A program made the position numbers and the translations under genes. A stretch of DNA of 56,631 bases from a virus (taxonomy: Duplodnaviria > Caudoviricetes), in the IMG/VR virus record IMGVR_UViG_3300045421_000607, positions 1-56,631 of that record; one strand, given 5' to 3'. This document shows positions 29,629 through 39,404 of the stretch, in pieces. The notes beneath the pieces are model-generated. The model ran no database searches and had not been told where the DNA came from. It worked only from the letters and a program-made list of their open reading frames with translations. Within the stretch, counting starts at the first letter, position 1; every line of letters starts with the position of its first letter.

Positions 29629-30693
29629 TTGAATACAGTTTTAAACATGAAAAACATAGATTATACAAAGCAGCCCTTATTCTTTGGTGAAGATCTTAAC
29701 TTGCAAAGATATGATCGTTTTAAATATTCCATCTTTTTCGAACTTTTTAAAAAACAAGAAGAATTTTTTTGGTGGCCACATGAAGTTTCTTTAAATAAAG
29801 ATCGTAGTGATTACAGGGAATTATCGGATCAAGAAAGGTTTGTCTTTGATACCAACTTAAAATTCCAAACTCTTGGAGACAGCATGCTGTCTAGGAGCAT
29901 TCATTCCTTGAAGGATTACGTTAGTAATCCTGAGCTAGAAATATGTATGAATACTTGGCAAAGATTCGAAGGAATTCATAGTTATTCTTATTCTTATCTT
30001 TTAAATAATGTTCATCCAGACGCAAGCAAATTTTTTGATAGCATTATGGAAGACAAAGAAATAACATCAAGAGCAAAATTAATAAGAAATAATTTTGATA
30101 AAATTATTGGAAGCGACGAAAAGAAAGATTTAAAACAAAAAATATTTGATTGCATCCTTGCTGTTAATGTTATGGAAGGATTAGTTTTTTACGTGTCTTT
30201 TGCCTGTTCTTTCTACTTTGGTTATCGAGGCAAAATGGAGGGCAATGCTAAAATTATCAAATTCATTCAAAGAGATGAAGCTTTGCATTTTGCTGTAACT
30301 CAAAATCTTCTTAAAATTTTAAGAGACGAGGATGACGAAGGCTTTACCACAATAACAAAGAAAAGTGAAGATAAAATTTATGCGTTTTATGAACAAGCCG
30401 CCCATAATGAAATAGCTTGGGCAGAATATTTGTTCAGCAAAGGATCTTTATTAGGGTTAAATGCAGAGGTTTTAAGTGGATACTCTAAATGGCTTTGTGA
30501 CGCGCGCCTGAGATCCTTAGGTTATAAAAAAATCTTTAACCAAAAAAGTAATCCAATTAGTGGGTGGTTAGATAGCTATTTAGATAGTAGCAAAGTTCAA
30601 GTCGCTCCGCAAGAGACGGAGATATCTGCCTATAGAATGGGGGCAAGAAATACTAATATAGTAGAAACAGATTTTCATGACTTAACGCTATAA
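29629..30693 (+). CDS. nrdB: Ribonucleotide reductase beta subunit
   Basis: FWWPHEV, FEGIHSYSY, MEGLVFYVSF, RDEALH, QVAPQETE...Y. Confidence 0.97.
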   Translation: MNTVLNMKNIDYTKQPLFFGEDLNLQRYDRFKYSIFFELFKKQEEFFWWPHEVSLNKDRSDYRELSDQERFVFDTNLKFQTLGDSMLSRSIHSLKDYVSNPELEICMNTWQRFEGIHSYSYSYLLNNVHPDASKFFDSIMEDKEITSRAKLIRNNFDKIIGSDEKKDLKQKIFDCILAVNVMEGLVFYVSFACSFYFGYRGKMEGNAKIIKFIQRDEALHFAVTQNLLKILRDEDDEGFTTITKKSEDKIYAFYEQAAHNEIAWAEYLFSKGSLLGLNAEVLSGYSKWLCDARLRSLGYKKIFNQKSNPISGWLDSYLDSSKVQVAPQETEISAYRMGARNTNIVETDFHDLTL

Positions 30694-30721
30694 TATTACA
30701 TAAAATTGTGTAATTAATTAT

Positions 30722-31051
30722 ATGGAAAGTCTTCAATTATTATTAAATATATCTTTTGGCATTATAGCCTTTCTTGGAGGATGGGTTCTAACAAGGCTTT
30801 TTAGCCTAATCGATAGGCAAGAATCTTTAACTAAAGATTTAAATGATAAGACATTTACAGATTTTATAACTCTTAGAAGAGAAGTAGAGGCTGAAAGCAG
30901 AAAACATCAACAGGATATATCTGATTTAGCATTAAAAGTCAGCACCACTTATGTAACTAAAGAGGTATTTGAATCTTATTTATCAAGAATAGAATCTAAA
31001 TTAGACAAAAATTTTGAATCAATTCAACAGATTTTAATTAATAAAAAGTAA
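30722..31051 (+). CDS. Membrane-anchored coiled-coil protein (possibly holin-related)
   Basis: N-terminal TM helix (ISFGIIAFLGGWVL) followed by a coiled coil; GTGTAA motif upstream. Confidence 0.55.
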   Translation: MESLQLLLNISFGIIAFLGGWVLTRLFSLIDRQESLTKDLNDKTFTDFITLRREVEAESRKHQQDISDLALKVSTTYVTKEVFESYLSRIESKLDKNFESIQQILINKK

Positions 31052-31061
31052 ATTTATTTTG

Positions 31062-31409
31062 CTATTTCTTGGCGTGCGGATGGTTTTTATTTTTTCTTTT
31101 CTTTTTCCATTCACTAAGATATTTTTGTTTTACTGGATCTTCGCCATATATAGCTTTTCTTTTTTCAGATAGTTCAGCGCTTCTATCCCAAAGATCGCCA
31201 ATGCCTCCTTTTTTCTTTTTAGTATATTCAGAGAATTCTTTTTGTGTGCAATTTACATCTAGAGATCCTTCTGTATTGAGTTGCGGGATAGTGAATATTC
31301 TTTCCCATTTGATGCCTTTTTCATCAAAATATTCATGAGTTTCATGTATCGATTGATGTATAGAGATTATTTTTTTCGCTGTTGGGTGCTGGTATAAATA
31401 TTCGGGCAT
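31062..31409 (-). CDS. FmdB-like regulator with a degenerate zinc ribbon
   Basis: MPEYLY start and W-x-RIF resemble FmdB, but the cysteines are missing. Confidence 0.45.
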   Translation of the reverse strand: MPEYLYQHPTAKKIISIHQSIHETHEYFDEKGIKWERIFTIPQLNTEGSLDVNCTQKEFSEYTKKKKGGIGDLWDRSAELSEKRKAIYGEDPVKQKYLSEWKKKRKNKNHPHAKK

Positions 31410-32494
31410 TATTTTAATAATTCTAAGATTTTATCTACAGTTTTTTCTATTGTAAATCTTTTTTGCAAAAGAATTCCTTTTTCATTCACTGGATTATTTA
31501 ATACTTTTAATTCTGCGTTTTCGCAAGCAGAATAAAAGTCTTCGTCTTCAAAATTAAATAGATTACCTTGATTAAATTTTGCTCCTTTTTGAAAGAAGAT
31601 ATTATCATAAGCTTCTATTTTGTTTTTAGATGGTTTTACTAAAATTGAATTTTCTTTATTAGCCCATTCTTTGTATCCGTGCGCGTCTAAGATGATGCCA
31701 TATTTTCCAATACCTATTGAATGAAATTCTGGAAGTCCCCATCCTTCTCCGCCACTTAATCCTAATATAATATTAGCGCTATTAAGATAATCGTTATATG
31801 TTGAATTGTCCTGCATGTAATTCAAGAATGTTATATTAAAATATTTTTTATTCTCTAAAGCAGAAGAGATAAGCGCTTGTTGATCTTCTATTTTAAGAAA
31901 AGGGTTATATATCGCGCATTGAAGAGAGTATTTTGGATTGTTGCCGTATTTCTTGGCCCAAAGATTTATAATTCTTAAATGATGTTTTCTTCTTTCCAGT
32001 TTACCAGTTAAATTGAAAATAATTCTATTAGAGTTATAGACTTTATCTATTTTATAAAAGCTATTTTTATCAAAAGCTAGGGGTATTTTTTCTACATTTT
32101 CACACCCAGTTTTTTTAAATAAAGAAGTATAGTGCTCTGTCGAGAATGCAATTTTATAATTATTTCTTGCTATATTTATTTCTTCTGGAGTAGGGGAATC
32201 TAATTCGTAGAAAGAAAGAAGTATTTGTTTTTCAGAAAAGCTTTCCAAGCCACCATTTAGGTGCCAAAGCTTAAAAATTTTATTAGATCTTTTATGATCT
32301 CTTAAAAATCTTTCTGAATTTTTTATAATCCAATTCTTAAATTCTACTTCATTAAAACCAGAAGAAAGATCTATATTTGCACCAATCGGTGAGATTAATG
32401 TATCAAGATCTCGCTTATAACATTCGTAAAGTATATTTAAACTGGTTTGACCAAATGATAATGAGTTTAGTGGTAGATTAAAACTATAAGCCAT
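31409..32494 (-). CDS. GT4 glycosyltransferase
   Basis: GKLERRKH, SGGEGWGLPEF. Confidence 0.8.
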   Translation of the reverse strand: MAYSFNLPLNSLSFGQTSLNILYECYKRDLDTLISPIGANIDLSSGFNEVEFKNWIIKNSERFLRDHKRSNKIFKLWHLNGGLESFSEKQILLSFYELDSPTPEEINIARNNYKIAFSTEHYTSLFKKTGCENVEKIPLAFDKNSFYKIDKVYNSNRIIFNLTGKLERRKHHLRIINLWAKKYGNNPKYSLQCAIYNPFLKIEDQQALISSALENKKYFNITFLNYMQDNSTYNDYLNSANIILGLSGGEGWGLPEFHSIGIGKYGIILDAHGYKEWANKENSILVKPSKNKIEAYDNIFFQKGAKFNQGNLFNFEDEDFYSACENAELKVLNNPVNEKGILLQKRFTIEKTVDKILELLK

Positions 32495-32853
32495 TATAGA
32501 AGTTCTTCTTCTGCCTCTAATTTAGAGGTATTATTTTTTTCTGAAAAAGATCCTTCTTTAATTTTAGTTTTCTGGGTTTTGACTGAAACGTTCTGATTCT
32601 TTTCAGAATTGGTCAAACTTTTTTCTAAGGGCTTAGATACGTAGATTCTATAATCTGGAGCTTTTTCATTATTGTTTTTGTTTTTGTTTGAGAAAACAAC
32701 AATTTTCAATTCTCTTTCGATTCCAAGTTCGTCAACTTTTACATATCCAGAAAGATATTTTTGGGTAGCGCTTTCTCTTTTCCAGAGAGCACCTACGTCT
32801 CTTTTTGCCCACTCAGATTTTTCATTATTATTATTATTATTATTATTATTCAT
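32494..32853 (-). CDS. DUF736-like putative nucleic-acid-binding protein with poly-Asn N-terminus
   Basis: VGALWKR...YLSG...APDYRIY; acidic tail. Confidence 0.6.
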   Translation of the reverse strand: MNNNNNNNNNEKSEWAKRDVGALWKRESATQKYLSGYVKVDELGIERELKIVVFSNKNKNNNEKAPDYRIYVSKPLEKSLTNSEKNQNVSVKTQKTKIKEGSFSEKNNTSKLEAEEELL

Positions 32854-32870
32854 ATGTTTTCCTATTTATA

Positions 32871-33470
32871 TTAAATGATATCAGCATTATTAATGCTTGT
32901 CAATTTATTTTTTATAAAAATTTTCCCTTTATTATGTAGATTTATAGCGGTTTGAGTGCTAATTTTTAATTTTTTCCCTATTTTATACCAGGCTGTATAT
33001 TTTGCGTTTTGAAAATATCTTAATTTAAATATTTTCAATATTCTTTTGTCTTTTATTCTTTCCAAAAGAGAGAATACAAAGTCAGATTTTTCCTTGATTA
33101 AAGTCTCTGAAAAGTTATATTTTTTTTGGTTTTGTTCCACTATAGTTTTTATAGTTTCATTTTCCATAGTAAATATATTATTTTTTTTATTTAGACAATT
33201 CAAACAGTGATATCTCATTTGATTCCCCAACCACGTAGAAAATTTTACATTTTTATTGGGATCATAATTTAAAATTGACTTATATATTACCATTAATTTA
33301 TCAGAAGCTACATCTTCTGGATCGATGCCAGAATTGACAATGTTTCTATAATATCTTCTTATCATTTGATGACATATTCCGCTGTGTCTAGCTTCAAGCT
33401 CTTTTAAAGCTAAGCTATCATTTTTTGTTCTAACTTGATTTATTAAATCTATATCGGGTATATTGTTCAT
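32871..33470 (-). CDS. Phage RNA polymerase sigma factor (sigma70 family); start probably 33470
   Basis: YDPNKNVKFSTWL (region 2.3-2.4) and C-terminal HTH (LRYF...IGKKLKIS...AINLH). Confidence 0.8.
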   Translation of the reverse strand: MNNIPDIDLINQVRTKNDSLALKELEARHSGICHQMIRRYYRNIVNSGIDPEDVASDKLMVIYKSILNYDPNKNVKFSTWLGNQMRYHCLNCLNKKNNIFTMENETIKTIVEQNQKKYNFSETLIKEKSDFVFSLLERIKDKRILKIFKLRYFQNAKYTAWYKIGKKLKISTQTAINLHNKGKIFIKNKLTSINNADII

Positions 33471-34020
33471 ATATTTCTTCAAAGTTTTTATTGTATTCTT
33501 CGTAAAGAGTTTCTTCGCAAGGATTAGTGCACCAAACCATTTTATAGTGAGATTTCTCTGAAAGAAAAATATCGTTTCTTGCTTCTTCATCATTTGCGGG
33601 CGGAATTATTTTTCCATTTAATACTCTAGAAATATGAATAAGAAATCCTTTATTTTCTTTTATTAACCAATGAAGTTCATCTTTTTCGTATTCCGCGTAT
33701 CTTATGTCTGTTACTATAGGTATAGATGTGTTTTTATCTATATTTTCGTCTAAAAGATCGATCCAATATCTACCATTAGATCGTTCTCTTTTTATTTTTC
33801 CATAAATTACTAATATAGGTCTGATAGACTCTTTTTCCTTGGGACTCAAATTATTTATATCTATATTAAACTCTTCTTCGATAAAAGGTTTTATTTTCTT
33901 CTTTAAGATATCAGCTAGCGCATATCTTTTAGATTTAATTCCTTTTTCTTTAAATTTTTTATGCAAGAAATTGAATAGTGTATCTTTCCCAGATGTTGCT
34001 ACTCCAGTTATTCCGATCAT
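33430..34020 (-). CDS. Deoxynucleoside monophosphate kinase
   Basis: IGITGVATSGKDT, ALADILK, VTDIRY..E. Confidence 0.85.
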   Translation of the reverse strand: MIGITGVATSGKDTLFNFLHKKFKEKGIKSKRYALADILKKKIKPFIEEEFNIDINNLSPKEKESIRPILVIYGKIKRERSNGRYWIDLLDENIDKNTSIPIVTDIRYAEYEKDELHWLIKENKGFLIHISRVLNGKIIPPANDEEARNDIFLSEKSHYKMVWCTNPCEETLYEEYNKNFEEIYEQYTRYRFNKSS

Positions 34021-34030
34021 TATTATTTAT

Positions 34031-34095
34031 ATAATACTTTATAAAAATATAAATGTCAAGCTCTTATTGACGTATGCATAATATCTTGATATACT
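34031..34095. promoter_or_regulatory. Back-to-back sigma70-type promoters: minus TTGACA-17-TATTAT (34059-34031) and plus TTGACG-17-TATACT (34067-34095)
   Basis: Start codons lie 10 nt and 6 nt downstream of the -10 elements. Confidence 0.8.
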
Positions 34096-34101
34096 ATTTT
34101 A

Positions 34102-34518
34102 GTGAGTAGAATTTCATTTGAAAAATTTGCTATTGAATTGGCGATCACCGCTTCTGCAAGATCAGAAGATCCATATAAGAAGGTAGGATGCTCTATACTA
34201 AATAGAGACGGCAGACTTTTAAGTATAGGTTATAATGGGCTAGTTTCAAAACATATTGTTGGGCAAAACTTTTGGGAAAATAGAGATGCTAGACGAAATT
34301 ATGTGATTCATGCTGAGACTAATGCTTTATCTTGCGTGTCAAGATATGACAATCCGTATTTATTAGCCTCGACTCTTTTGCCTTGTTCTTGCTGCGCAAT
34401 TAATATTGCATCGTATGGTATAAAAAATGTTTTGTATATAGATGACTATAACAGAGATAAAGAGGCAATTAATATCTTTAGATTTTATAATATAAATTTA
34501 TTAAAATATAAAATATGA
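34102..34518 (+). CDS. dCMP deaminase
   Basis: RSEDP, GYNG, HAE, PCxxC. Confidence 0.9.
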   Translation: MSRISFEKFAIELAITASARSEDPYKKVGCSILNRDGRLLSIGYNGLVSKHIVGQNFWENRDARRNYVIHAETNALSCVSRYDNPYLLASTLLPCSCCAINIASYGIKNVLYIDDYNRDKEAINIFRFYNINLLKYKI

Positions 34519-36242
34519 ATATTTTATCCTGCAATTATAACCATGATGGCTCTGCGGCTATATTAAAAGATGGAAAAATAGCAGGTTATGTTAATACCGA
34601 AAGATTCACAAGGATAAAGAAACATCCTGGCGTTACTAAGCAAGCCTTTAATGAATTATTTAAAATGGCGAATATAGCTCCATCAGAAATAGATATGTAC
34701 ATATTAAATAATTTAAATTATATGTTTTCGCCTGTTTATTATTCAGAGAATAATGGATATTATCAAAACACTTGGGAGAATTTTTTGATACGAGACGATA
34801 CCAGAAAAGATTTACTATCAAAAGATAGGTTTTTTGATATAAAAGATTATGGACTTGATTTAGTCAATAAAGATTTTTTTCCCAAGGTTTCAAATTTTAA
34901 ACTTAACTTTTCTACAAGCGCACATTTTAGAAATTTTCAAAGAAGCTGCTTGGTGAACATACCTCATTATGTTCTTCATGCTGCTGCCGCTTATTATACT
35001 TCTCCTTTTAAATCTGCAACTATTTTTGTTTGGGATCCTACAGGTTTTGAAGCGTTTATAGGTTTTGGGAACAAGATATTTTCTATTTTTAATGATTCGA
35101 TGCTTAATTTTATTAATTTTGGCAGAATCTACGCAGAAATGAGTGAGACAATACTTTTGGAATCTTCGCTGACTTCTGCCGGCAAGTTGATGGGACTAGC
35201 GGCATACGGAAAGAGTTCGCTAGATAAAAAATTCGAAGATTTTAATCTTTTTTCCAATTCGAATTATGCAAATATTTTTGATCTCATAAAGAATGAATCT
35301 AATAAAAATCCTAAATTCTATCAAGAAAAACATATGAAGTTAGACGCAAAAGCTGCGTTTATAACGCAGTCTTTATTAGAAAGTCAATTAGAATATATGT
35401 TTAAATTTCTTTATCAATATGCTTTGGTAAATAATATAGAGCCAAACATATGTATATCTGGTGGGACCGGATTAAATTGTGCAGCTAATGAAAAAGCTTT
35501 TTCTAATTCTAAATTTAAAAATATATTTATGCATCCTGCTTCCGGAGATGATGGTACGGCATTAGGAGGAGCGCTCTACCATTGGCATCATACCCTAGAT
35601 AATCCAAAAGAAAGCTATAGTAATTCAGAACTTATGTATTCAAAAAAGTGTTATTCAAATTTTGAAGTAGAAGAAGCCGTAAAATTGTTCGGCGCAGAAA
35701 TTCAAGTTAGAAAGACAGATAATTATATTAACACTGCTGCTCGATTTATAGCCGATGGGAAAGTAATAGCTTGGTACGAAGGCGGATCTGAAATAGGGCC
35801 AAGAGCTTTAGGACATAGAAGTATACTAGGAGATCCAAGATCGGTCTCTATAAGAGATTTTTTAAATCTTGAAGTAAAGAGTAGAGAATCTTACAGACCC
35901 TTAGCCCCATCAATTTTAAAAGAATATGCAAAAGAATGGTTTGGTATAGAAGAGAGCCCATTTATGCTTAGATCAACAAAAATATTAAAAGATTCTCTAC
36001 CAGGCATTGCTCATGTAGACGGCACATCTAGGCCTCAGGTGCTTGATGCAAAAGACAACCCAAATTATTATAATTTAATTCTATCTTTTTTTAAGATAAC
36101 TGGTATTCCCATGATTTTAGACACCTCATTTAATATTAAAGGAGAACCAATAGTAGAAACCCCTGAAGATGCGTTAAAGAGCTTTCTTAGGAGCAAAATA
36201 GACGCTCTAGTATTCCCTGGGTTGATAATAACAAAGAGATGA
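34515..36242 (+). CDS. O-carbamoyltransferase (NodU/CmcH family)
   Basis: HDGSAA, ERFTRIKK, GKLMGLAAYG, GDDG, GPRALGHRS, KSRESYRP, HVDGTSR, TSFN..GEP. Confidence 0.92.
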   Translation: MNILSCNYNHDGSAAILKDGKIAGYVNTERFTRIKKHPGVTKQAFNELFKMANIAPSEIDMYILNNLNYMFSPVYYSENNGYYQNTWENFLIRDDTRKDLLSKDRFFDIKDYGLDLVNKDFFPKVSNFKLNFSTSAHFRNFQRSCLVNIPHYVLHAAAAYYTSPFKSATIFVWDPTGFEAFIGFGNKIFSIFNDSMLNFINFGRIYAEMSETILLESSLTSAGKLMGLAAYGKSSLDKKFEDFNLFSNSNYANIFDLIKNESNKNPKFYQEKHMKLDAKAAFITQSLLESQLEYMFKFLYQYALVNNIEPNICISGGTGLNCAANEKAFSNSKFKNIFMHPASGDDGTALGGALYHWHHTLDNPKESYSNSELMYSKKCYSNFEVEEAVKLFGAEIQVRKTDNYINTAARFIADGKVIAWYEGGSEIGPRALGHRSILGDPRSVSIRDFLNLEVKSRESYRPLAPSILKEYAKEWFGIEESPFMLRSTKILKDSLPGIAHVDGTSRPQVLDAKDNPNYYNLILSFFKITGIPMILDTSFNIKGEPIVETPEDALKSFLRSKIDALVFPGLIITKR

Positions 36243-36604
36243 ATGACTTATTTTTTATTTTTATAAATTTATTTTTCATGTATATATGGTTTAATACAGA
36301 TGCATTTATAGAATACTGCAGATATATAAGATATTTTTCTTATAAATTTAAAGTAAAAGAATACCTTTCTTTTAGGGACAAATATCCTAATATTTCTTAT
36401 CACGCTTTTCTTATATTAAATTATAATAATTTTTTTATTAGACTTATTACATGTCCCTCATGTTTAGGAGTATGGCTTAATTTCGTGACGGTATTATTCT
36501 ATAATAATAAAGCGTTTTTCTTTAGTAATTTTGCGTTAAATATGATATTATATTATATATTGGCTATACTTAAAAATAAATATGACAGAATCAACAATTT
36601 TTAA
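36239..36604 (+). CDS. Small membrane protein with CxxC (DUF1360-like)
   Basis: Hydrophobic segments and LITCPSCLGVW. Confidence 0.5.
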   Translation: MNDLFFIFINLFFMYIWFNTDAFIEYCRYIRYFSYKFKVKEYLSFRDKYPNISYHAFLILNYNNFFIRLITCPSCLGVWLNFVTVLFYNNKAFFFSNFALNMILYYILAILKNKYDRINNF

Positions 36605-36875
36605 TTTAGAATCTTTTGTTGAATTTTTGAAAAAAAATAATTTCAACTCGCACCAAAGACTCAATAAATTTTCAGAAGTTGTAAAATTTTTTGACAATTC
36701 CTTAGGGGGATGCGGATGCAACAAAAATACTAGAGTTAAATTTGCCAACGATTTTTATTTTAATTTTATAAAAGAAAGCACAGACCATATAGATGGAGTC
36801 ATTTTTAAAGAATTATCTTTTTCTAAGCAGATAGTTTTTGTAGACAAAAATAATACTATAATTAAACAATTTTAA
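36582..36875 (+). CDS. Hypothetical protein with a GCGC motif
   Basis: 97-aa ORF overlapping the upstream gene. Confidence 0.6.
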   Translation: MTESTIFNLESFVEFLKKNNFNSHQRLNKFSEVVKFFDNSLGGCGCNKNTRVKFANDFYFNFIKESTDHIDGVIFKELSFSKQIVFVDKNNTIIKQF

Positions 36876-36878
36876 CGC

Positions 36879-36907
36879 TTGACTTTATTAAAAAAAATAA
36901 TTAGCAT
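36879..36907 (+). promoter_or_regulatory. sigma70-type promoter TTGACT-17-TAGCAT
   Basis: ATG 36919 lies 11 nt downstream. Confidence 0.7.
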
Positions 36908-36918
36908 TGTACTTACTG

Positions 36919-38037
36919 ATGCATTTTAAAGAAGCGATAGGATACGACGACATAGCTTTATTGCCAAACTTTTCAGAAATTACCTCTAGAAAAGAGGTAG
37001 ACACTACAACAAAGATTTCGAAAAACAATTATATTGATATTCCTATTATTCTATCTCCTATGGACACGGTCTCTTCTGTAAAGGCTTGCATAAAATTAAA
37101 TAGACTTGGTGCCGCAGGAGTTCTGCATAGATTCTTATCAATCGAAGACCAAGTTAGCAAGGCTATTTATATAAGAAACGAAAGTAATTTCTGCATAACA
37201 GCAATAGGTTTAAAAGATGCGCGAAATAGGTTGGAAGCAACCGCACCTTATACAGACATTTTTTTTCTAGATACGGCTAACGGATTGTCTTCTAATGTCG
37301 AGGATTTTTTAATTAATTACAAGCAGTCTAATTTTCAACAAGATATTATTGTGGGTAATACCCTAACGAAAGAAAGCGTATATAGATTAGCTAATTTAAG
37401 GGCCGATGGATTTCGACATCTTATTGGGCCAGGAAGCATGTGCCTTACTCAAATAAAAACTGGGATTGGATGCCCGAGCGTAACAGGCCTTTATTATGGT
37501 TGGAAGGCCGTAAGAAATTTTCAATTATCCAATTTAGATTATTTTCGTAATGAAAATCCCAAAGAAGAAAACCGCCCTAGTATTTTAGCAGATGGTGGTA
37601 TTAGATATCCTCGAGATCTTGTTAAGGCTATAGCTAGTGGAGCAGACGCAGTTATTTGCGGAAGGATATTTGCCGGTCTGAGAGATGTAGTAGATGAAGA
37701 GAATATTATAGAGAAGCATGGTCGTTATTACGCTAAATACAGAGGCATGGCCAGCAAAGAGGTTGTCGAAGATTATGAGTTGTATGATGGCTCTAAAAAG
37801 AATCTATTTGTAGAAGGAGATAAAACTCTTGTGCCTCTTCGAGAAGATAAGACGATAGAAGATATTGTATTTGATTTTGCAAACGGTCTTAGAAGCGCTA
37901 TGAGCTATTTAGGTTTTAAATCTTTAGAGAAAATGAGAGGCGGAATTTGGGAAGATAGAATTAGAATAGTTAAAGTTACTTCTAATAATATGTATGAGAG
38001 CTTTTCTCATGGCAAAATGAGTATTGACAATATATAA
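36919..38037 (+). CDS. GMP reductase / IMP dehydrogenase family protein (no CBS domains); start probably ATG 36919
   Basis: YDDIALLP, SPMDTV, IGPGSMC, ADGGI, YRGMAS, EG. The IMPDH flap RY motif is not evident, which favours GMP reductase. Confidence 0.85.
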   Translation: MHFKEAIGYDDIALLPNFSEITSRKEVDTTTKISKNNYIDIPIILSPMDTVSSVKACIKLNRLGAAGVLHRFLSIEDQVSKAIYIRNESNFCITAIGLKDARNRLEATAPYTDIFFLDTANGLSSNVEDFLINYKQSNFQQDIIVGNTLTKESVYRLANLRADGFRHLIGPGSMCLTQIKTGIGCPSVTGLYYGWKAVRNFQLSNLDYFRNENPKEENRPSILADGGIRYPRDLVKAIASGADAVICGRIFAGLRDVVDEENIIEKHGRYYAKYRGMASKEVVEDYELYDGSKKNLFVEGDKTLVPLREDKTIEDIVFDFANGLRSAMSYLGFKSLEKMRGGIWEDRIRIVKVTSNNMYESFSHGKMSIDNI

Positions 38038-38052
38038 TATATATAGTAGCAT
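38024..38052 (+). promoter_or_regulatory. sigma70-type promoter TTGACA-17-TAGCAT, ATG 6 nt downstream
   Basis: Read directly upstream of ATG 38059. Confidence 0.75.
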
Positions 38053-38058
38053 ATCAAA

Positions 38059-38421
38059 ATGAGATATTTTAAATATATTACAATTATTTTAGTAACAATT
38101 TGGGTTATTTTTTGTTCGAATTCTAATGCTCAGGATTTTCAATCAAATGACTACAACAAATCAAGGATGACTTATTTTCAAACGAAAGCAAAGATTGAAA
38201 GGTATCAAAAAGATATTTATCACTATAAAGCTCAAAAATTAGCATTAATGTCTAATGGAGATTTTAAATCAAAAACCTTTAAAAGAATTTCTTCTTCTCT
38301 CGAGAAGAGAGAAAGAGACGTCGCAAGACTTCAAATTATCAAAAATAATAGTGGCGTCTTTTCTTGTCAAGTCCCCAAAGATTTTATCCAACCAGTAGAA
38401 AGGAATTTACTGAATGAGTAA
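38059..38421 (+). CDS. Hypothetical protein with a signal peptide
   Basis: MRYFKYITIILVTIWVIFC..SNA/Q. Confidence 0.6.
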   Translation: MRYFKYITIILVTIWVIFCSNSNAQDFQSNDYNKSRMTYFQTKAKIERYQKDIYHYKAQKLALMSNGDFKSKTFKRISSSLEKRERDVARLQIIKNNSGVFSCQVPKDFIQPVERNLLNE

Positions 38422-38614
38422 TAAATTATTTATCTTAAAAAAGATGATTGGTAAGAAAATCGTAGTAATTGAAGACCTTGCAAAGTTTATAACTTGGTTT
38501 GGGATAGTCGAATCGGTCAAAGACGAAGAGACTTTGGTGGTAAAAAACGAAAATGAAGAAAGCTTCAATGTATCAATTTTTAATATTAGAAATCCATATC
38601 AAGATATAATATAA
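38414..38614 (+). CDS. Small Sm/SH3-like beta-barrel hypothetical protein
   Basis: IGKKIVV...GIVESV...VSIFNIR. Confidence 0.45.
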   Translation: MSNKLFILKKMIGKKIVVIEDLAKFITWFGIVESVKDEETLVVKNENEESFNVSIFNIRNPYQDII

Positions 38615-38621
38615 TCATACT

Positions 38622-39191
38622 ATGAGTGATAATAACGCAGATATCCTTCTTAAGGAGCGCGAGAAAATAAATAAAATTTTGAACCCTGAAGCTAAATCTG
38701 AATATAAAGTTATTGACGATGCACTCGATAAAAGCGCTTTCTTTTCTTTACAAAAGGTACTAATTGATTATAGTGCATTTCCTTGGTATTATGGACCCAG
38801 CGTTACATTCCCTGGCGATTCTGATAATAAATATTGTTTATTTTATCATTTGTTTTATTCTGGTCCCAGGTCTATGCCATCTCAATATTTTAATTTGATT
38901 TTACCTATATTAGATATTATTAAACCAAATTCCTTAGTTAGGATTAAGGCTAATCTTTACCCAAACAGTGGAGATTACCACGAGCATGACATGCATGTAG
39001 ATTTTTCATTTCCTCATAAAGGTGCAATATTTTTTATTAACACAAACAATGGATTTACTATTTTAGAAGATGGCACGAGAATAGAAAATAAAGAAAACAG
39101 ACTGTTGCTGTTTGATACCTCTAGGCCTCATACAGGCACAACATCTACAGATGCATCTGTAAGATGTAATATAATTTTTAATTATACATAA
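38622..39191 (+). CDS. 2OG-Fe(II) oxygenase
   Basis: RIKANL, HVD, NRLLLFD...H, RCNIIFNY. Confidence 0.8.
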   Translation: MSDNNADILLKEREKINKILNPEAKSEYKVIDDALDKSAFFSLQKVLIDYSAFPWYYGPSVTFPGDSDNKYCLFYHLFYSGPRSMPSQYFNLILPILDIIKPNSLVRIKANLYPNSGDYHEHDMHVDFSFPHKGAIFFINTNNGFTILEDGTRIENKENRLLLFDTSRPHTGTTSTDASVRCNIIFNYT

Positions 39192-39194
39192 TTT

Positions 39195-39404
39195 ATGCTT
39201 GATTCGCAAGAGAATCAAATAGAGATTGATGTTTTCACTCCTTACTTAAGGGCTTACGATAGAGCTCCCATACATAGAATTACAAAGAAATTTAATAGGA
39301 ATGAAAGATGTCCTTATACGGATATAAAATTCAAAAAATGTTGCGGTAAAGATGGTAAAAACTTTTGTCCAAAGCTCACAAAAGATTATATAGATAATTT
39401 ATAA
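39195..39404 (+). CDS. SEC-C motif protein
   Basis: RNERCP...KFKKCCG. Confidence 0.7.
   Translation: MLDSQENQIEIDVFTPYLRAYDRAPIHRITKKFNRNERCPYTDIKFKKCCGKDGKNFCPKLTKDYIDNL

Noticed and set aside
6712-30693. Inteins or introns in dnaE, dnaB, recA and nrdA/B
   Set aside because: Protein lengths are normal, motifs are contiguous, and no C...HN/C splice motifs or LAGLIDADG inserts are visible.
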